Below are positions 40,477 through 49,740 of a stretch of DNA of 64,000 bases, piece by piece (the first letter of the stretch is position 1; each line of letters starts with the position of its first letter). The stretch covers positions 11,320-75,319 of the forward strand of contig JBCDLT010000007.1 of the NCBI GenBank assembly GCA_038745065.1. Reading direction: 5' to 3'. The stretch comes from Pseudomonadota bacterium. GTDB lineage: Bacteria > Pseudomonadota > Alphaproteobacteria > Rhizobiales > JANQQB01. The notes below the pieces were generated by a model, which had not been told where the DNA came from, ran no database searches, and saw nothing but the letters and a program-made list of their open reading frames with translations. The translations under genes were made by a program, and so were the position numbers.

Positions 40477-41469
40477 TCACGTGTATTGAACGATGTCGAA
40501 ACCGGTCTGTTTCTTGTTGATCTTGAACCGGCCTTCCAGCACCGCGTCGATCCAGTCGACGGACCGCACGAGGCCGCCGAACGTATAAAAATGCGGCGCG
40601 GTGATGAGCATGTCCGGATCATCGACCACAGCCTGGGCAAGCCCGATGACCAGGTCGTCGGGTGCCCGGTCACGCACCAGTTTCGTGACCACGCCGAGAT
40701 TGCGCTTCACGAAGCCCATCGAGGCACCGACACCGCACATTGCCGCGAACTTCAAGAGCGTCTTCATGGAAGCCGGGCCGGCGAGCCCGATATTGATGGG
40801 CATGGTAATGCCGGCGTCGCGCAAGCCGCGCTCCCAATCGACAATGCCGTCCGTGGAGAAAGAGAATTGCGTCACGATCCGCAGGTCGGCCTGCTTGTCG
40901 ACGGCGTAGGCGTTTTTGACCTTCAGAGCGTCGAGCGCCATCGCATCGGAAAAGAACGGATTGGTTTCCGGATGCCCGGCGACCGCGATCGAACGGATGC
41001 CGTGTTTTTCCAGAAGCCCGTCTTCCAAGAGCTCCAGCGTATCCTTGTAGGGACCGGCCGGCTGTTCGATATCGCCGGCGATCAGCAGGATATCGGTGAC
41101 CTGCGCCCGTTCGCGCAGTTCGGCCAGGTTGTCATCGAGCTCGGACCGGTCGGCCACCCGCCTCGCCGCGATATGCGGCACCGGTTCCATCGCCTCGGAG
41201 CGCAACCGGGTTGCCAGCGGCAGGGCGTCCGCGAGCCGGGCACCGGGCAGCCAGGGCAGATAGATCCTTGTGCCCTCCGGAACGTGATCGCCGAAATGCG
41301 CGATCTTGCCGGCAGCCTGGGGCGCAATCTCGATAGAGAAGCCCGCCATGAAATCGACGATACGATCCTCGAGCGTTTCGGTCGCTGTCCGTTCCCGGTC
41401 GACCGGCGCGGATGGTCGGTCCGTCGGCAGGCCGGCAGCGGCGATCGGTGTGGTGGCCGGTTTGTTCAT
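40477..41469 (-). CDS. Methylenetetrahydrofolate reductase family protein
   Basis: The start is ATG 41469 (AGGAG upstream). It has a TIM-barrel MTHFR-like pattern (FSIEIAPQ, LLIAGD, AVAGHPE, VTQFSF, INIGLAGP). It lies in a folate-linked demethylation cluster. Confidence 0.7.
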   Translation of the reverse strand: MNKPATTPIAAAGLPTDRPSAPVDRERTATETLEDRIVDFMAGFSIEIAPQAAGKIAHFGDHVPEGTRIYLPWLPGARLADALPLATRLRSEAMEPVPHIAARRVADRSELDDNLAELRERAQVTDILLIAGDIEQPAGPYKDTLELLEDGLLEKHGIRSIAVAGHPETNPFFSDAMALDALKVKNAYAVDKQADLRIVTQFSFSTDGIVDWERGLRDAGITMPINIGLAGPASMKTLLKFAAMCGVGASMGFVKRNLGVVTKLVRDRAPDDLVIGLAQAVVDDPDMLITAPHFYTFGGLVRSVDWIDAVLEGRFKINKKQTGFDIVQYT

Positions 41470-41501
41470 CTGACCTAACTCCTCAAAGGACGGTCCGGGG
41501 C

Positions 41502-44018
41502 TCAAGCCCGGAGACGCTCGTTTTCAGGATCAAACGGAGATTCCGGAATGACCGTCGCCGTGTGACGGGTTCCGAGGATGCTGACGTCCAATTGCTGACC
41601 GATTTCTCCGAGATCGGGACGCACCATGGCCAGCGCAAGGCTCTTGCCCAGTCGCCAGCCATATCCGCCGGACGTGCAGCGTCCGACAAGCACATTGTCG
41701 TGATAGATCGGCTCCGACCCACGGGCGTCCGCATCCGTCACGTCGTGCACTTCCAGCGTGACGAAGCGCCAGGCTTCGCCCTTCTCGCGCCATTCGACGA
41801 GCGCGTCGCGACCGATGAACTGTCCCTTGTTCGGGTGCACGAAGCGGTCGAGAGCGGATTCGTAGGCCGAGTATTCGATCGACAATTCGCGCGGAATGAG
41901 CCGGTAGGATTTTTCCAGCCGCATGGAATCCATGGCCCGGATGCCAAAGGGTTTCAGGCCGAATTCCGCGCCCGCGCCCATCAGCGCGTCGAACAGCGCG
42001 GTCTGCATTTCGATCTCGTGGTGCAATTCCCAGCCGAGTTCGCCGACGAAGTTGACCCGAAGCGCATGCGCTCGCGCGGTCCCGACGGAAATCATCTTGC
42101 CGGACAGCCAGGGGAACGCCGCGTTCGACAGGTCCGCATCGGTCAGTTTGGCAAGGATGTCCCGCGCCTTCGGGCCGGCAAGAACCAGAACGCCGTACCG
42201 TCCGGTGACGGGCTGCAACGTGACACTGCCGTCCGTCGGACACAGTTTCTGCAAACAATCGTGATCGTGGCGCTCGAACGCACCGGCAGAGACCAGGTAG
42301 AAGGCGTCCGGCGCATACTCGTAGACGGTAAACTCGCTGCGCACCCCGCCCCGCGTCGTTAGGACATGGCAAAGCCCGACCCGACCGCGCTTTTTCGGAA
42401 CCCGGTTGGCAAAAAGGGATTCCAGCCAGTCCCGTGCGCCGGGACCGGTAACCTTCATCTTGGCAAACGCCGTCATGTCGAGAAGGCCGGCCCTTTCGTG
42501 CACATTCCGGCATTCAGTGCCGACATGGTCGAAATAATTGGATCGCCGGAACGACCAGAGCTCGCGCACTTTCTCGCCGTCCGCCACGGGTGCGTGGTTT
42601 TCCTTCATCAGCACATCGGGCCGTTCCGCCTCGATGGCCGCCGCCTCGAAACCGTATCCGTCCGGCGCAAACCAGTTCGGCCGTTCCCAGCCGTAGACCG
42701 ACCCGAAGACGGCGCCAAGCGCCTTCATCCGGTCGTAACACGGGCTGCGTTTCAACGGCCGGCCGGCCGCACGTTCCTCATCGGGATAGTGCACGGTGAA
42801 GACGTTGGCGTAGGCTTCTTCGTTCTTGACCCTAAGATAACCGCGCGATGCATAGGGCCCAAACCGGCGCGGGTCGACGCCCATCATGTCGATCGTGGGC
42901 TCTCCCTCGACGATCCATTCCGCGAGTTGCCACCCGGCGCCGCCGGCGGCCGTCACCCCGAAGGAATGGCCTTCGTTCAGCCACAGGTTTTTTCGGTCCC
43001 AGGCCGGACCGATGATTGGGGAGCCATCGGGCGTGTAGCAGATCGCGCCGTTGTAGACCTTCTTGATTCCGACCTCGCCGAATGCCGGCACCCGATTGAT
43101 GGCGGCCTCGATATGCGGCTCGAGACGTTCCAGGTCGTCCTGGAACAGTTCGTATTCTGCGTCCGGCGACGGACCGTCCACATAGCAGCAGGGCGCGCCC
43201 TTTTCGTACGGGCCGAGGATCAGGCCGCCATTTTCCTCGCGCATGTAATAGGAGGCGTCGGATTCCCTGAGCACGCCCATCTCGGGCAGCCCCTGTTTCT
43301 GGCGCTCCAGAATCTCCGGGTGTGGTTCGGTGACGATGTACTGGTGTTCGACCGGGATGACGGGAATGTCGAGGCCGAGCATCTCGCCGGTCTGACGCAC
43401 GAAATTGCCGGTGGCGGTGACGACGTGTTCGCAGACGATGTCACCCTTGTCGGTCTTGACGGTCCATTCGCCGGAGGCGGCCTGCTCGATCGCGGTTACG
43501 GCCGTATGGCGCACAATCTCGGCTCCGAGCGCCCTTGCACCACGGGCAAAAGCCTGTGTCAGATCGGCCGGCTGGATGTATCCGTCGTCGGGATGCTGGA
43601 TCGCGCCGAGCAATCCCTCGGTATTGCAGAGCGGCCAGATCGCCTTGACGTCCTCAGGCGTCAGCACGCGTACGTCGACGCCGATCGTCTCCGCGACACC
43701 GGCGTAGTACATGTATTCATCCCAGCGGTCGCGGGTGCAGGCAAGGCGGATATTGGAGACCTGCCGGAAACCGACATTCTGGCCGGTTTCGGCTTCGAGG
43801 CCATTATAGAGCTTGACGGAATATTTGTGGATCTGGCCGACCGAATAGCTCATGTTGAACAGCGGCAGCAATCCGGCCGCATGCCAGGTCGAGCCCGAGG
43901 TCAGTTCGTGCCGCTCGATCAGCACGACGTCGCTCCAGCCTTTTTTCGCGAGATGGTACAGCGTCGATACGCCGACCACGCCTCCGCCGATGACGACTGC
44001 CCGTGCCTGTGTCCTCAT
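41502..44018 (-). CDS. Dimethylglycine/sarcosine dehydrogenase family protein (FAD oxidoreductase fused to a GcvT-type folate-binding domain)
   Basis: The start is ATG 44018 (MRTQARAVVIGGGVVGVSTLYHLAK). The DAO-type N-terminal domain contains GSTWHAAG, and the C-terminal aminomethyltransferase-like domain has the expected length (838 aa total). Confidence 0.88.
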   Translation of the reverse strand: MRTQARAVVIGGGVVGVSTLYHLAKKGWSDVVLIERHELTSGSTWHAAGLLPLFNMSYSVGQIHKYSVKLYNGLEAETGQNVGFRQVSNIRLACTRDRWDEYMYYAGVAETIGVDVRVLTPEDVKAIWPLCNTEGLLGAIQHPDDGYIQPADLTQAFARGARALGAEIVRHTAVTAIEQAASGEWTVKTDKGDIVCEHVVTATGNFVRQTGEMLGLDIPVIPVEHQYIVTEPHPEILERQKQGLPEMGVLRESDASYYMREENGGLILGPYEKGAPCCYVDGPSPDAEYELFQDDLERLEPHIEAAINRVPAFGEVGIKKVYNGAICYTPDGSPIIGPAWDRKNLWLNEGHSFGVTAAGGAGWQLAEWIVEGEPTIDMMGVDPRRFGPYASRGYLRVKNEEAYANVFTVHYPDEERAAGRPLKRSPCYDRMKALGAVFGSVYGWERPNWFAPDGYGFEAAAIEAERPDVLMKENHAPVADGEKVRELWSFRRSNYFDHVGTECRNVHERAGLLDMTAFAKMKVTGPGARDWLESLFANRVPKKRGRVGLCHVLTTRGGVRSEFTVYEYAPDAFYLVSAGAFERHDHDCLQKLCPTDGSVTLQPVTGRYGVLVLAGPKARDILAKLTDADLSNAAFPWLSGKMISVGTARAHALRVNFVGELGWELHHEIEMQTALFDALMGAGAEFGLKPFGIRAMDSMRLEKSYRLIPRELSIEYSAYESALDRFVHPNKGQFIGRDALVEWREKGEAWRFVTLEVHDVTDADARGSEPIYHDNVLVGRCTSGGYGWRLGKSLALAMVRPDLGEIGQQLDVSILGTRHTATVIPESPFDPENERLRA

Positions 44019-44358
44019 GTATTCCGCACTCCGATTCCGCGACCGCACTTTCGGCGACCGAAGACGGACAATGACGCAAACGCGCTATCGCCATCCTATC
44101 GGTTTGCGACAGCCGACCGTTGTTAAACGACATCGTGACGCAGGGTATGTGCCCCGCATGGGCGGAAAATCCGATGCAAGTTTCGGCACATGCACATCTT
44201 TTGCCCTTGATTTTCCGAACCGCCATTTGCACGATGCGCGCCTGTGGGGTGGCTTAGGACCGACGGCAAGGATCGCATCCGGTCCGGACCGCGAAGCCGC
44301 GAAAAAGCAGAACAGCGCAAAAAAGCGCAGAGCGACCAGAGGCGCAAAGACAATCGGG

Positions 44359-45471
44359 ATGCCAACAGAGCCTGGGAACGGCAGCGACATTTACGTCAAA
44401 TTCGAGAATGTCCAAAAGAGCTACGACGGCGAAACGCTTGTTGTGAAAAATCTCAATCTGGACATTCAGCGGGGCGAATTCCTGACCATGCTCGGCCCGT
44501 CCGGATCCGGCAAGACCACGTGTCTGATGATGCTCGCCGGGTTCGAGACCGCGACCCATGGCGAAATCTATCTCGGCGGAACGCCGATCAACAACGTGCC
44601 GCCGCACAAGCGCGGCATCGGCATGGTGTTTCAGAATTACGCTTTGTTCCCGCACATGACCGTCGCGGAGAACCTGGCCTTTCCCCTGCAGGTGCGAAAA
44701 CTCGACAAGGCGACGATCGAAGGCAAGGTCCAGCGCGCGCTCGACATGGTCGAACTCGGCATTTTCGGACAGCGCATGCCGGCGCAATTGTCCGGTGGCC
44801 AGCAGCAGCGCGTCGCGGTGGCGCGGGCGCTGGTGTTCGAACCGGACCTTGTCCTGATGGACGAACCGCTGGGCGCGCTCGACAAGCAATTGCGCGAGCA
44901 GATGCAGTTCGAGATCAAGCACATCCACGAGAATCTCGGCGTCACTGTGGTCTACGTGACTCACGACCAGTCCGAAGCGCTGACCATGTCGAACCGCATT
45001 GCAGTGTTCAACGACGGCATCATCCAGCAATTGTCCGAGCCGAGCGTGCTTTACGAGAAGCCGGAAAACAGCTTCGTCGCCCAGTTCATCGGCGAGAACA
45101 ACAAGCTGACCGGCAATGTGGAATCGGTCGAGAACGGGTCATGCCGCATCAAGCTTCCCGACGGCCGGTCCGTCGGCGGACTGGCGGTGAACATTGCCGG
45201 TGTCGGCTCGCAATCGACCTTGTCGATCCGACCGGAACGGATCGAGATCGATCCGACCGACGATACGGTGTCGAACCGGCTCGAAGGCACGATCGCCGAA
45301 CTGATCTATCTGGGCGACCATATCCGGACGCGCCTGATCGTGGGCGACAACGAAGACTTCATTGTCAAGATTCCGAACAAGGACGGCCAGCGCCAGTTGA
45401 GCGAGGGCGCCAGTGCCACGGTTGCGTGGCGGACAGAGGATTGCCGGGCTCTGGACCCGATGACCGGGTGA
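44359..45471 (+). CDS. ABC transporter ATP-binding protein (PotA-like)
   Basis: Walker A is GPSGSGKTT, the signature is LSGGQQQRVAVARAL, and Walker B is LVLMDEPLGALD. A C-terminal TOBE-like domain follows. Confidence 0.9.
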   Translation: MPTEPGNGSDIYVKFENVQKSYDGETLVVKNLNLDIQRGEFLTMLGPSGSGKTTCLMMLAGFETATHGEIYLGGTPINNVPPHKRGIGMVFQNYALFPHMTVAENLAFPLQVRKLDKATIEGKVQRALDMVELGIFGQRMPAQLSGGQQQRVAVARALVFEPDLVLMDEPLGALDKQLREQMQFEIKHIHENLGVTVVYVTHDQSEALTMSNRIAVFNDGIIQQLSEPSVLYEKPENSFVAQFIGENNKLTGNVESVENGSCRIKLPDGRSVGGLAVNIAGVGSQSTLSIRPERIEIDPTDDTVSNRLEGTIAELIYLGDHIRTRLIVGDNEDFIVKIPNKDGQRQLSEGASATVAWRTEDCRALDPMTG

Positions 45472-45535
45472 CCCGGGCCGGCGATGACACTGCCTTTTGT
45501 TTGAAAGAGGCGGCAAACACAACGGGAGAGACTTT

Positions 45536-46624
45536 ATGACTCGCACGAACCTTTTGGCCACCGCGGCCCTGGGTCTAGCGCTCGGCCTGTCGGCCGGCGC
45601 GGCACAGGCCTCGGATTCCATCACCGTCGTCTCGTGGGGCGGCGCCTATACCAAGAGCCAGGTGGAAGCCTATCACAAACCCTGGATCGCCAAGACCGGC
45701 AATCAGATCAAGTCGGAAGACTATAACGGCGGCATCGCCGAGATTAAGGCCCAGGTCGAGGCCGGCAACGTCACCTGGGACATCGTCGACGTCGAATTGT
45801 CGGATGCTGTCCGGGCCTGTGACGAAGGCCTTGTCGAGCCGATCGACCATTCGATCCTGCCGGCCGCCCCCGACGGCACACCGGCAACCGAGGACTTCAT
45901 CGAAGGCACGCTGCACGAATGCGCAGTCGCAAACATCGTCTGGTCGACGGTCTTTGCCTATGACAGCTCCAAGATCGAGGACGGCCCCAAAACCATCGCT
46001 GATTTCTTCGATACGGAAAAATTCCCCGGCAAGCGCGGCCTGCGCAAGAACCCCAAGGCCAACCTTGAAATGGCGTTGATGGCCGACGGCGTTGCGCCGG
46101 ACCAGGTCTACGAAGTGCTTGGCACGCCCGAAGGCGTCGACCGCGCCTTCGCCAAGCTCGACAGCATCAAGGATTCAGTCGTTTGGTGGGAAGCCGGTGC
46201 CCAGCCGCCGCAATTGCTGGCGGACGGCGAAGTCGCCATGACCACCGCCTATAACGGCCGCATCTTCAATGCCGTGGCCGCGGAGAAAAAGCCCTTCAAC
46301 ATCGTTTGGGACGGCCAGATCTGGGACCTCGACCTGTGGGTCATTCCAAAAGGCGCCCCGAACAAGGAAGCGGCAATGGACTTCCTGAAGTTCTCCACCG
46401 ACACGCAGCGTCTGGCCGACCAGGCCTCCTGGATCGCCTATGGTCCGGCGCGCAAGTCGTCCGCACCGCTGGTCGGCAAGTACCATGACGGCACGATCGA
46501 CATGGGCCCGCAAATGCCGACGGCACCGGAAAACCTGACCAAGGCCCTGCAGAACGACTTCGAGTTCTGGGCGGACCGTCAGGACGAACTGAACGAGCGG
46601 TTCAACGCCTGGCTCGCCGGCTAG
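45536..46624 (+). CDS. ABC transporter periplasmic substrate-binding protein (PotD/PotF-like)
   Basis: The ATG at 45536 has GGGAGAG upstream. The signal peptide is LLATAALGLALGLSAGAAQA, followed by ITVVSWGGAY. Confidence 0.88.
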   Translation: MTRTNLLATAALGLALGLSAGAAQASDSITVVSWGGAYTKSQVEAYHKPWIAKTGNQIKSEDYNGGIAEIKAQVEAGNVTWDIVDVELSDAVRACDEGLVEPIDHSILPAAPDGTPATEDFIEGTLHECAVANIVWSTVFAYDSSKIEDGPKTIADFFDTEKFPGKRGLRKNPKANLEMALMADGVAPDQVYEVLGTPEGVDRAFAKLDSIKDSVVWWEAGAQPPQLLADGEVAMTTAYNGRIFNAVAAEKKPFNIVWDGQIWDLDLWVIPKGAPNKEAAMDFLKFSTDTQRLADQASWIAYGPARKSSAPLVGKYHDGTIDMGPQMPTAPENLTKALQNDFEFWADRQDELNERFNAWLAG

Positions 46625-46753
46625 ACCGACGCACCGACAGCGTCCTGCCCGATCTGTGCGTCGGGCAGGACGGACATGCGGCCTCCGCCCGATAGCGGGA
46701 GCCGTGATCCCGGAGGGCGCCACGCACCGGGAAAACCAGGGGGCAGGCCAGAT

Positions 46754-48055
46754 ATGGCGGACATCACGATGGGTTCGGCACCGGCCGCGGCGACCGATAC
46801 GGACACGGTCCTGCGCACCGCCGACGGCACGCCGCTCCGGCGCAAGCTTGCCCAGTCGACCCGTCGCGCCCGGATGCGCGCGCTACTTCTCACCCTGCCG
46901 CTTCTGATCTTCGTTCTCATCACGTTTGTCGCGCCGATCGGTCAGATGCTGTTCCGCGGTGCCCATAATCCGACCTTTGCCGACGTCTTGCCCAATCTTG
47001 CAGAGGCCTTGCGCGAGTGGGACGGCGGCGGCGTGCCCGACGAGGACATTTTCGAACTGCTCGTCAAGGATCTCCAGTTCGCCCGGGCCAACCGCGAGGT
47101 CGGGCGCACGGTGGGCAATGCGGCAACCCGGGTGAACTATGAAATGCCGGGCACCCGCAGCCTGTTCACCTCAACTGCACGCAGGGCGCGGCGCATCGAG
47201 GAAGGCCCCTACAAAGAGGCCGTCCTCGACATCAACGCCAAATGGAACGACCCGGCCCTGTGGGCGGTCCTGAAACGTGTGTCGAACGACTATACCAGCG
47301 CCTTTTATCTTGCCGCGGTGGACCGCCAGATCCTGGAGGACGGCTCGATCGCCGCCCAGGACGAGACGCGTCGGATCTATGTGCAATTGTTCGTGCGCAC
47401 CTTCTGGCTGTCCGCGCTGATCACGGGCATCTGCGTGCTCTTGGCCTATCCGGTCTCCTATCTGTTGTCGACGTTGCCGCTTCGATTATCCAATCTCCTG
47501 ATGATCCTGGTGCTCCTGCCCTTCTGGACGAGCCTTTTGGTGCGCACCACCGCCTGGATCGCCATGCTGCAGAGCCAGGGCGTGATCAACAACATCCTCG
47601 CCTGGTTCGGGGTCATCGGCGACGACCAGCGGCTGCAGATGATCTACAACCAGACCGGCACGATCGTCGCCATGGTGCACATCCTGCTGCCATTCATGAT
47701 CCTGCCGCTCTATTCGGTGATGAAGACGATCCCACCAAGCTACATGCGCGCCGCCCGCTCGCTCGGAGCGACGCCGCTCACGGCCTTTACCCGGGTGTAT
47801 TTTCCGCAGACCCTGCCCGGCATCGCCGCCGGCACGCTGCTCGTCTTCATTCTGGCGGTCGGCTATTACATCACGCCCGCGCTTGTCGGCGGCCAGTCCG
47901 GTCAGTTGATCTCCAACCTGATCGCCTTCCACATGCAGCGGTCGCTGAACTGGAGCCTGGCGGCTGCGCTCGGCGGCCTGCTGCTCGCCAGCGTCCTGAT
48001 CCTGTATTGGCTGTACAACAAGCTGATCGGGATCGATAAGCTGAAGTTCGGGTGA
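46754..48055 (+). CDS. ABC transporter permease
   Basis: The start is taken at ATG 46754 (MADITMG...). It is a 6-TM permease with the EAA-like loop MRAARSLGATPLTAFTRVYFP. Confidence 0.82.
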   Translation: MADITMGSAPAAATDTDTVLRTADGTPLRRKLAQSTRRARMRALLLTLPLLIFVLITFVAPIGQMLFRGAHNPTFADVLPNLAEALREWDGGGVPDEDIFELLVKDLQFARANREVGRTVGNAATRVNYEMPGTRSLFTSTARRARRIEEGPYKEAVLDINAKWNDPALWAVLKRVSNDYTSAFYLAAVDRQILEDGSIAAQDETRRIYVQLFVRTFWLSALITGICVLLAYPVSYLLSTLPLRLSNLLMILVLLPFWTSLLVRTTAWIAMLQSQGVINNILAWFGVIGDDQRLQMIYNQTGTIVAMVHILLPFMILPLYSVMKTIPPSYMRAARSLGATPLTAFTRVYFPQTLPGIAAGTLLVFILAVGYYITPALVGGQSGQLISNLIAFHMQRSLNWSLAAALGGLLLASVLILYWLYNKLIGIDKLKFG

Positions 48056-48972
48056 TCGCCATGGCCCTGCCCCCCTACACGACCCCGCTCGAACGCACCT
48101 GGCACTATTCGTATCTCGCGATCTGCACGGCGATCTTCATCTTCCTGATCGCGCCGATCCTGATCATCGTGCCGCTTTCCTTCAATGTGGAGCCATACTT
48201 CACCTTCACGGAAGGTATGATGACGCTCGATCCGGACGCCTATTCCACGCGCTGGTACGAGGACATCGTGCGCAACGGCATGGGCGCGCCGGACGCGGCG
48301 TTTTCCAGTGCCTGGTTCAGCGACATGTGGAACAACGCGCAATGGATCCGCTCGACCCGCAATTCGTTTTTCATCGCCTTTTGCTCGACCGTCCTGGCGA
48401 CCATTCTCGGGACGCTCGCCGCGCTTGGCCTGTCGCGTCCGGAAATGCCCTATCGCTCGGCCATCACGGCGATCCTGATCTCGCCGATGATCGTGCCGCT
48501 GGTGATCACGGCCACAGGCATGTTTTTCTTCTATTCGCAGATCGGCATCGCCAAGACCTATATCGGGATCATCCTGGCGCATACCACGCTCGGCATTCCG
48601 TTCGTCATCATCACGGTCACGGCCACGCTGGTCGGCTTCGATCGCAGCCTGATCCGGGCAGCCGCCAATCTCGGGGCCGATCCCACGACGACCTTTTTCA
48701 AGGTGATCATGCCGCTGATCCTGCCAGGCATGATTTCCGGCGCCCTGTTTGCCTTCATCACCTCGCTCGATGAAGTGGTCGTGGTCCTGTTCCTCGCCGA
48801 TGTCGAACAGCGTACCATCCCGCGGCAGATGTGGTCCGGGATCCGCGAACAGATTTCGCCGACCATTCTGGCCGTCGCAACCATCCTGGTCTGTATTTCG
48901 ATCGCGCTGCTGACCACCGTGGAATTGCTGCGCCGCCGGTCGGAACGGCTGCGGGGCATCGCGCCGCAATGA
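48052..48972 (+). CDS. ABC transporter permease
   Basis: It overlaps the previous stop. The EAA loop is LIRAAANLGADPTTTFFKVIMP. Confidence 0.85.
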   Translation: MIAMALPPYTTPLERTWHYSYLAICTAIFIFLIAPILIIVPLSFNVEPYFTFTEGMMTLDPDAYSTRWYEDIVRNGMGAPDAAFSSAWFSDMWNNAQWIRSTRNSFFIAFCSTVLATILGTLAALGLSRPEMPYRSAITAILISPMIVPLVITATGMFFFYSQIGIAKTYIGIILAHTTLGIPFVIITVTATLVGFDRSLIRAAANLGADPTTTFFKVIMPLILPGMISGALFAFITSLDEVVVVLFLADVEQRTIPRQMWSGIREQISPTILAVATILVCISIALLTTVELLRRRSERLRGIAPQ

Positions 48973-49712
48973 CGACCGCGGGCAACGGACCGCTTCACCA
49001 CCCGAATCGCTGGCTGGTCTGGCCGCTCCGCGCGGTCGTGCTGGTCCTGGTCGTCATCGGGCTGGCCCGCTCGGTGACGGCCCAGCGCGCCGAACCCACC
49101 GTCGACCTCAACCTGGTCCTGGCCATCGATTGCTCCTATTCGGTCGACAGCACCGAATTCGGCCTGCAATTGCAGGGGATTGCCAACGCGTTCCGAACCC
49201 CGGAAGTATTGGAGGCGATCGGCGCCGGCCCGCATGGCGCGATTTCCGTCTCCGTGGTGCAATGGTCGAGCCAGGAAAGCCAGATCGTGGCCGTGCCCTG
49301 GCGACTGGTGAACGACGCCGCCTCGGCGTCTGCGCTGGCAGACGAGATATCCGGACTGGCCCGGCTGACCGCCGAAGGCGCGACCTCGATTTCCACATTG
49401 ATCACCTTCAGCATCGACCTGATTGCCGCGAGCCCGGTCAAGGCACGGCGCAACGTCATCGACGTTTCGGCCGACGGCGCCAACAACAATGGCATCCGGG
49501 TCGATCTCGCCCGGGATTTCGCGATTGCGCAGGGAATTGTCGTAAACGGACTGACCATCCTCAACGAAGTCCGGCATCTGCATTATTACTTCCGGAACCA
49601 CGTTGTCGGCGGCACGGGGGCCTTCGTCGAAATTGCCGACGATTATGCCGACTTCGGACGCGCCATAAGAAAGAAACTGCTGCGGGAAATCAGGGCCAAT
49701 TACGTGTCCTGA
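48969..49712 (+). CDS. DUF1194 (vWA-like) domain-containing protein
   Basis: The ATG at 48969 overlaps the permease stop (ATGA). An N-terminal TM/signal segment is followed by LVLAIDCSYSVD...TSIS...DVSADGANNNG...VNGLTIL, typical of DUF1194. Confidence 0.78.
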   Translation: MTTAGNGPLHHPNRWLVWPLRAVVLVLVVIGLARSVTAQRAEPTVDLNLVLAIDCSYSVDSTEFGLQLQGIANAFRTPEVLEAIGAGPHGAISVSVVQWSSQESQIVAVPWRLVNDAASASALADEISGLARLTAEGATSISTLITFSIDLIAASPVKARRNVIDVSADGANNNGIRVDLARDFAIAQGIVVNGLTILNEVRHLHYYFRNHVVGGTGAFVEIADDYADFGRAIRKKLLREIRANYVS

Positions 49713-49740
49713 CGGCCCGCCAAAAACAATGGAGTCATCA

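Noticed and set aside
44244-45539. 431-aa ORF in an alternative frame over the ABC ATPase gene
   Set aside because: It is on the same strand but out of frame with a gene that has Walker A, Walker B and signature motifs. Its translation is an Arg-rich artefact.
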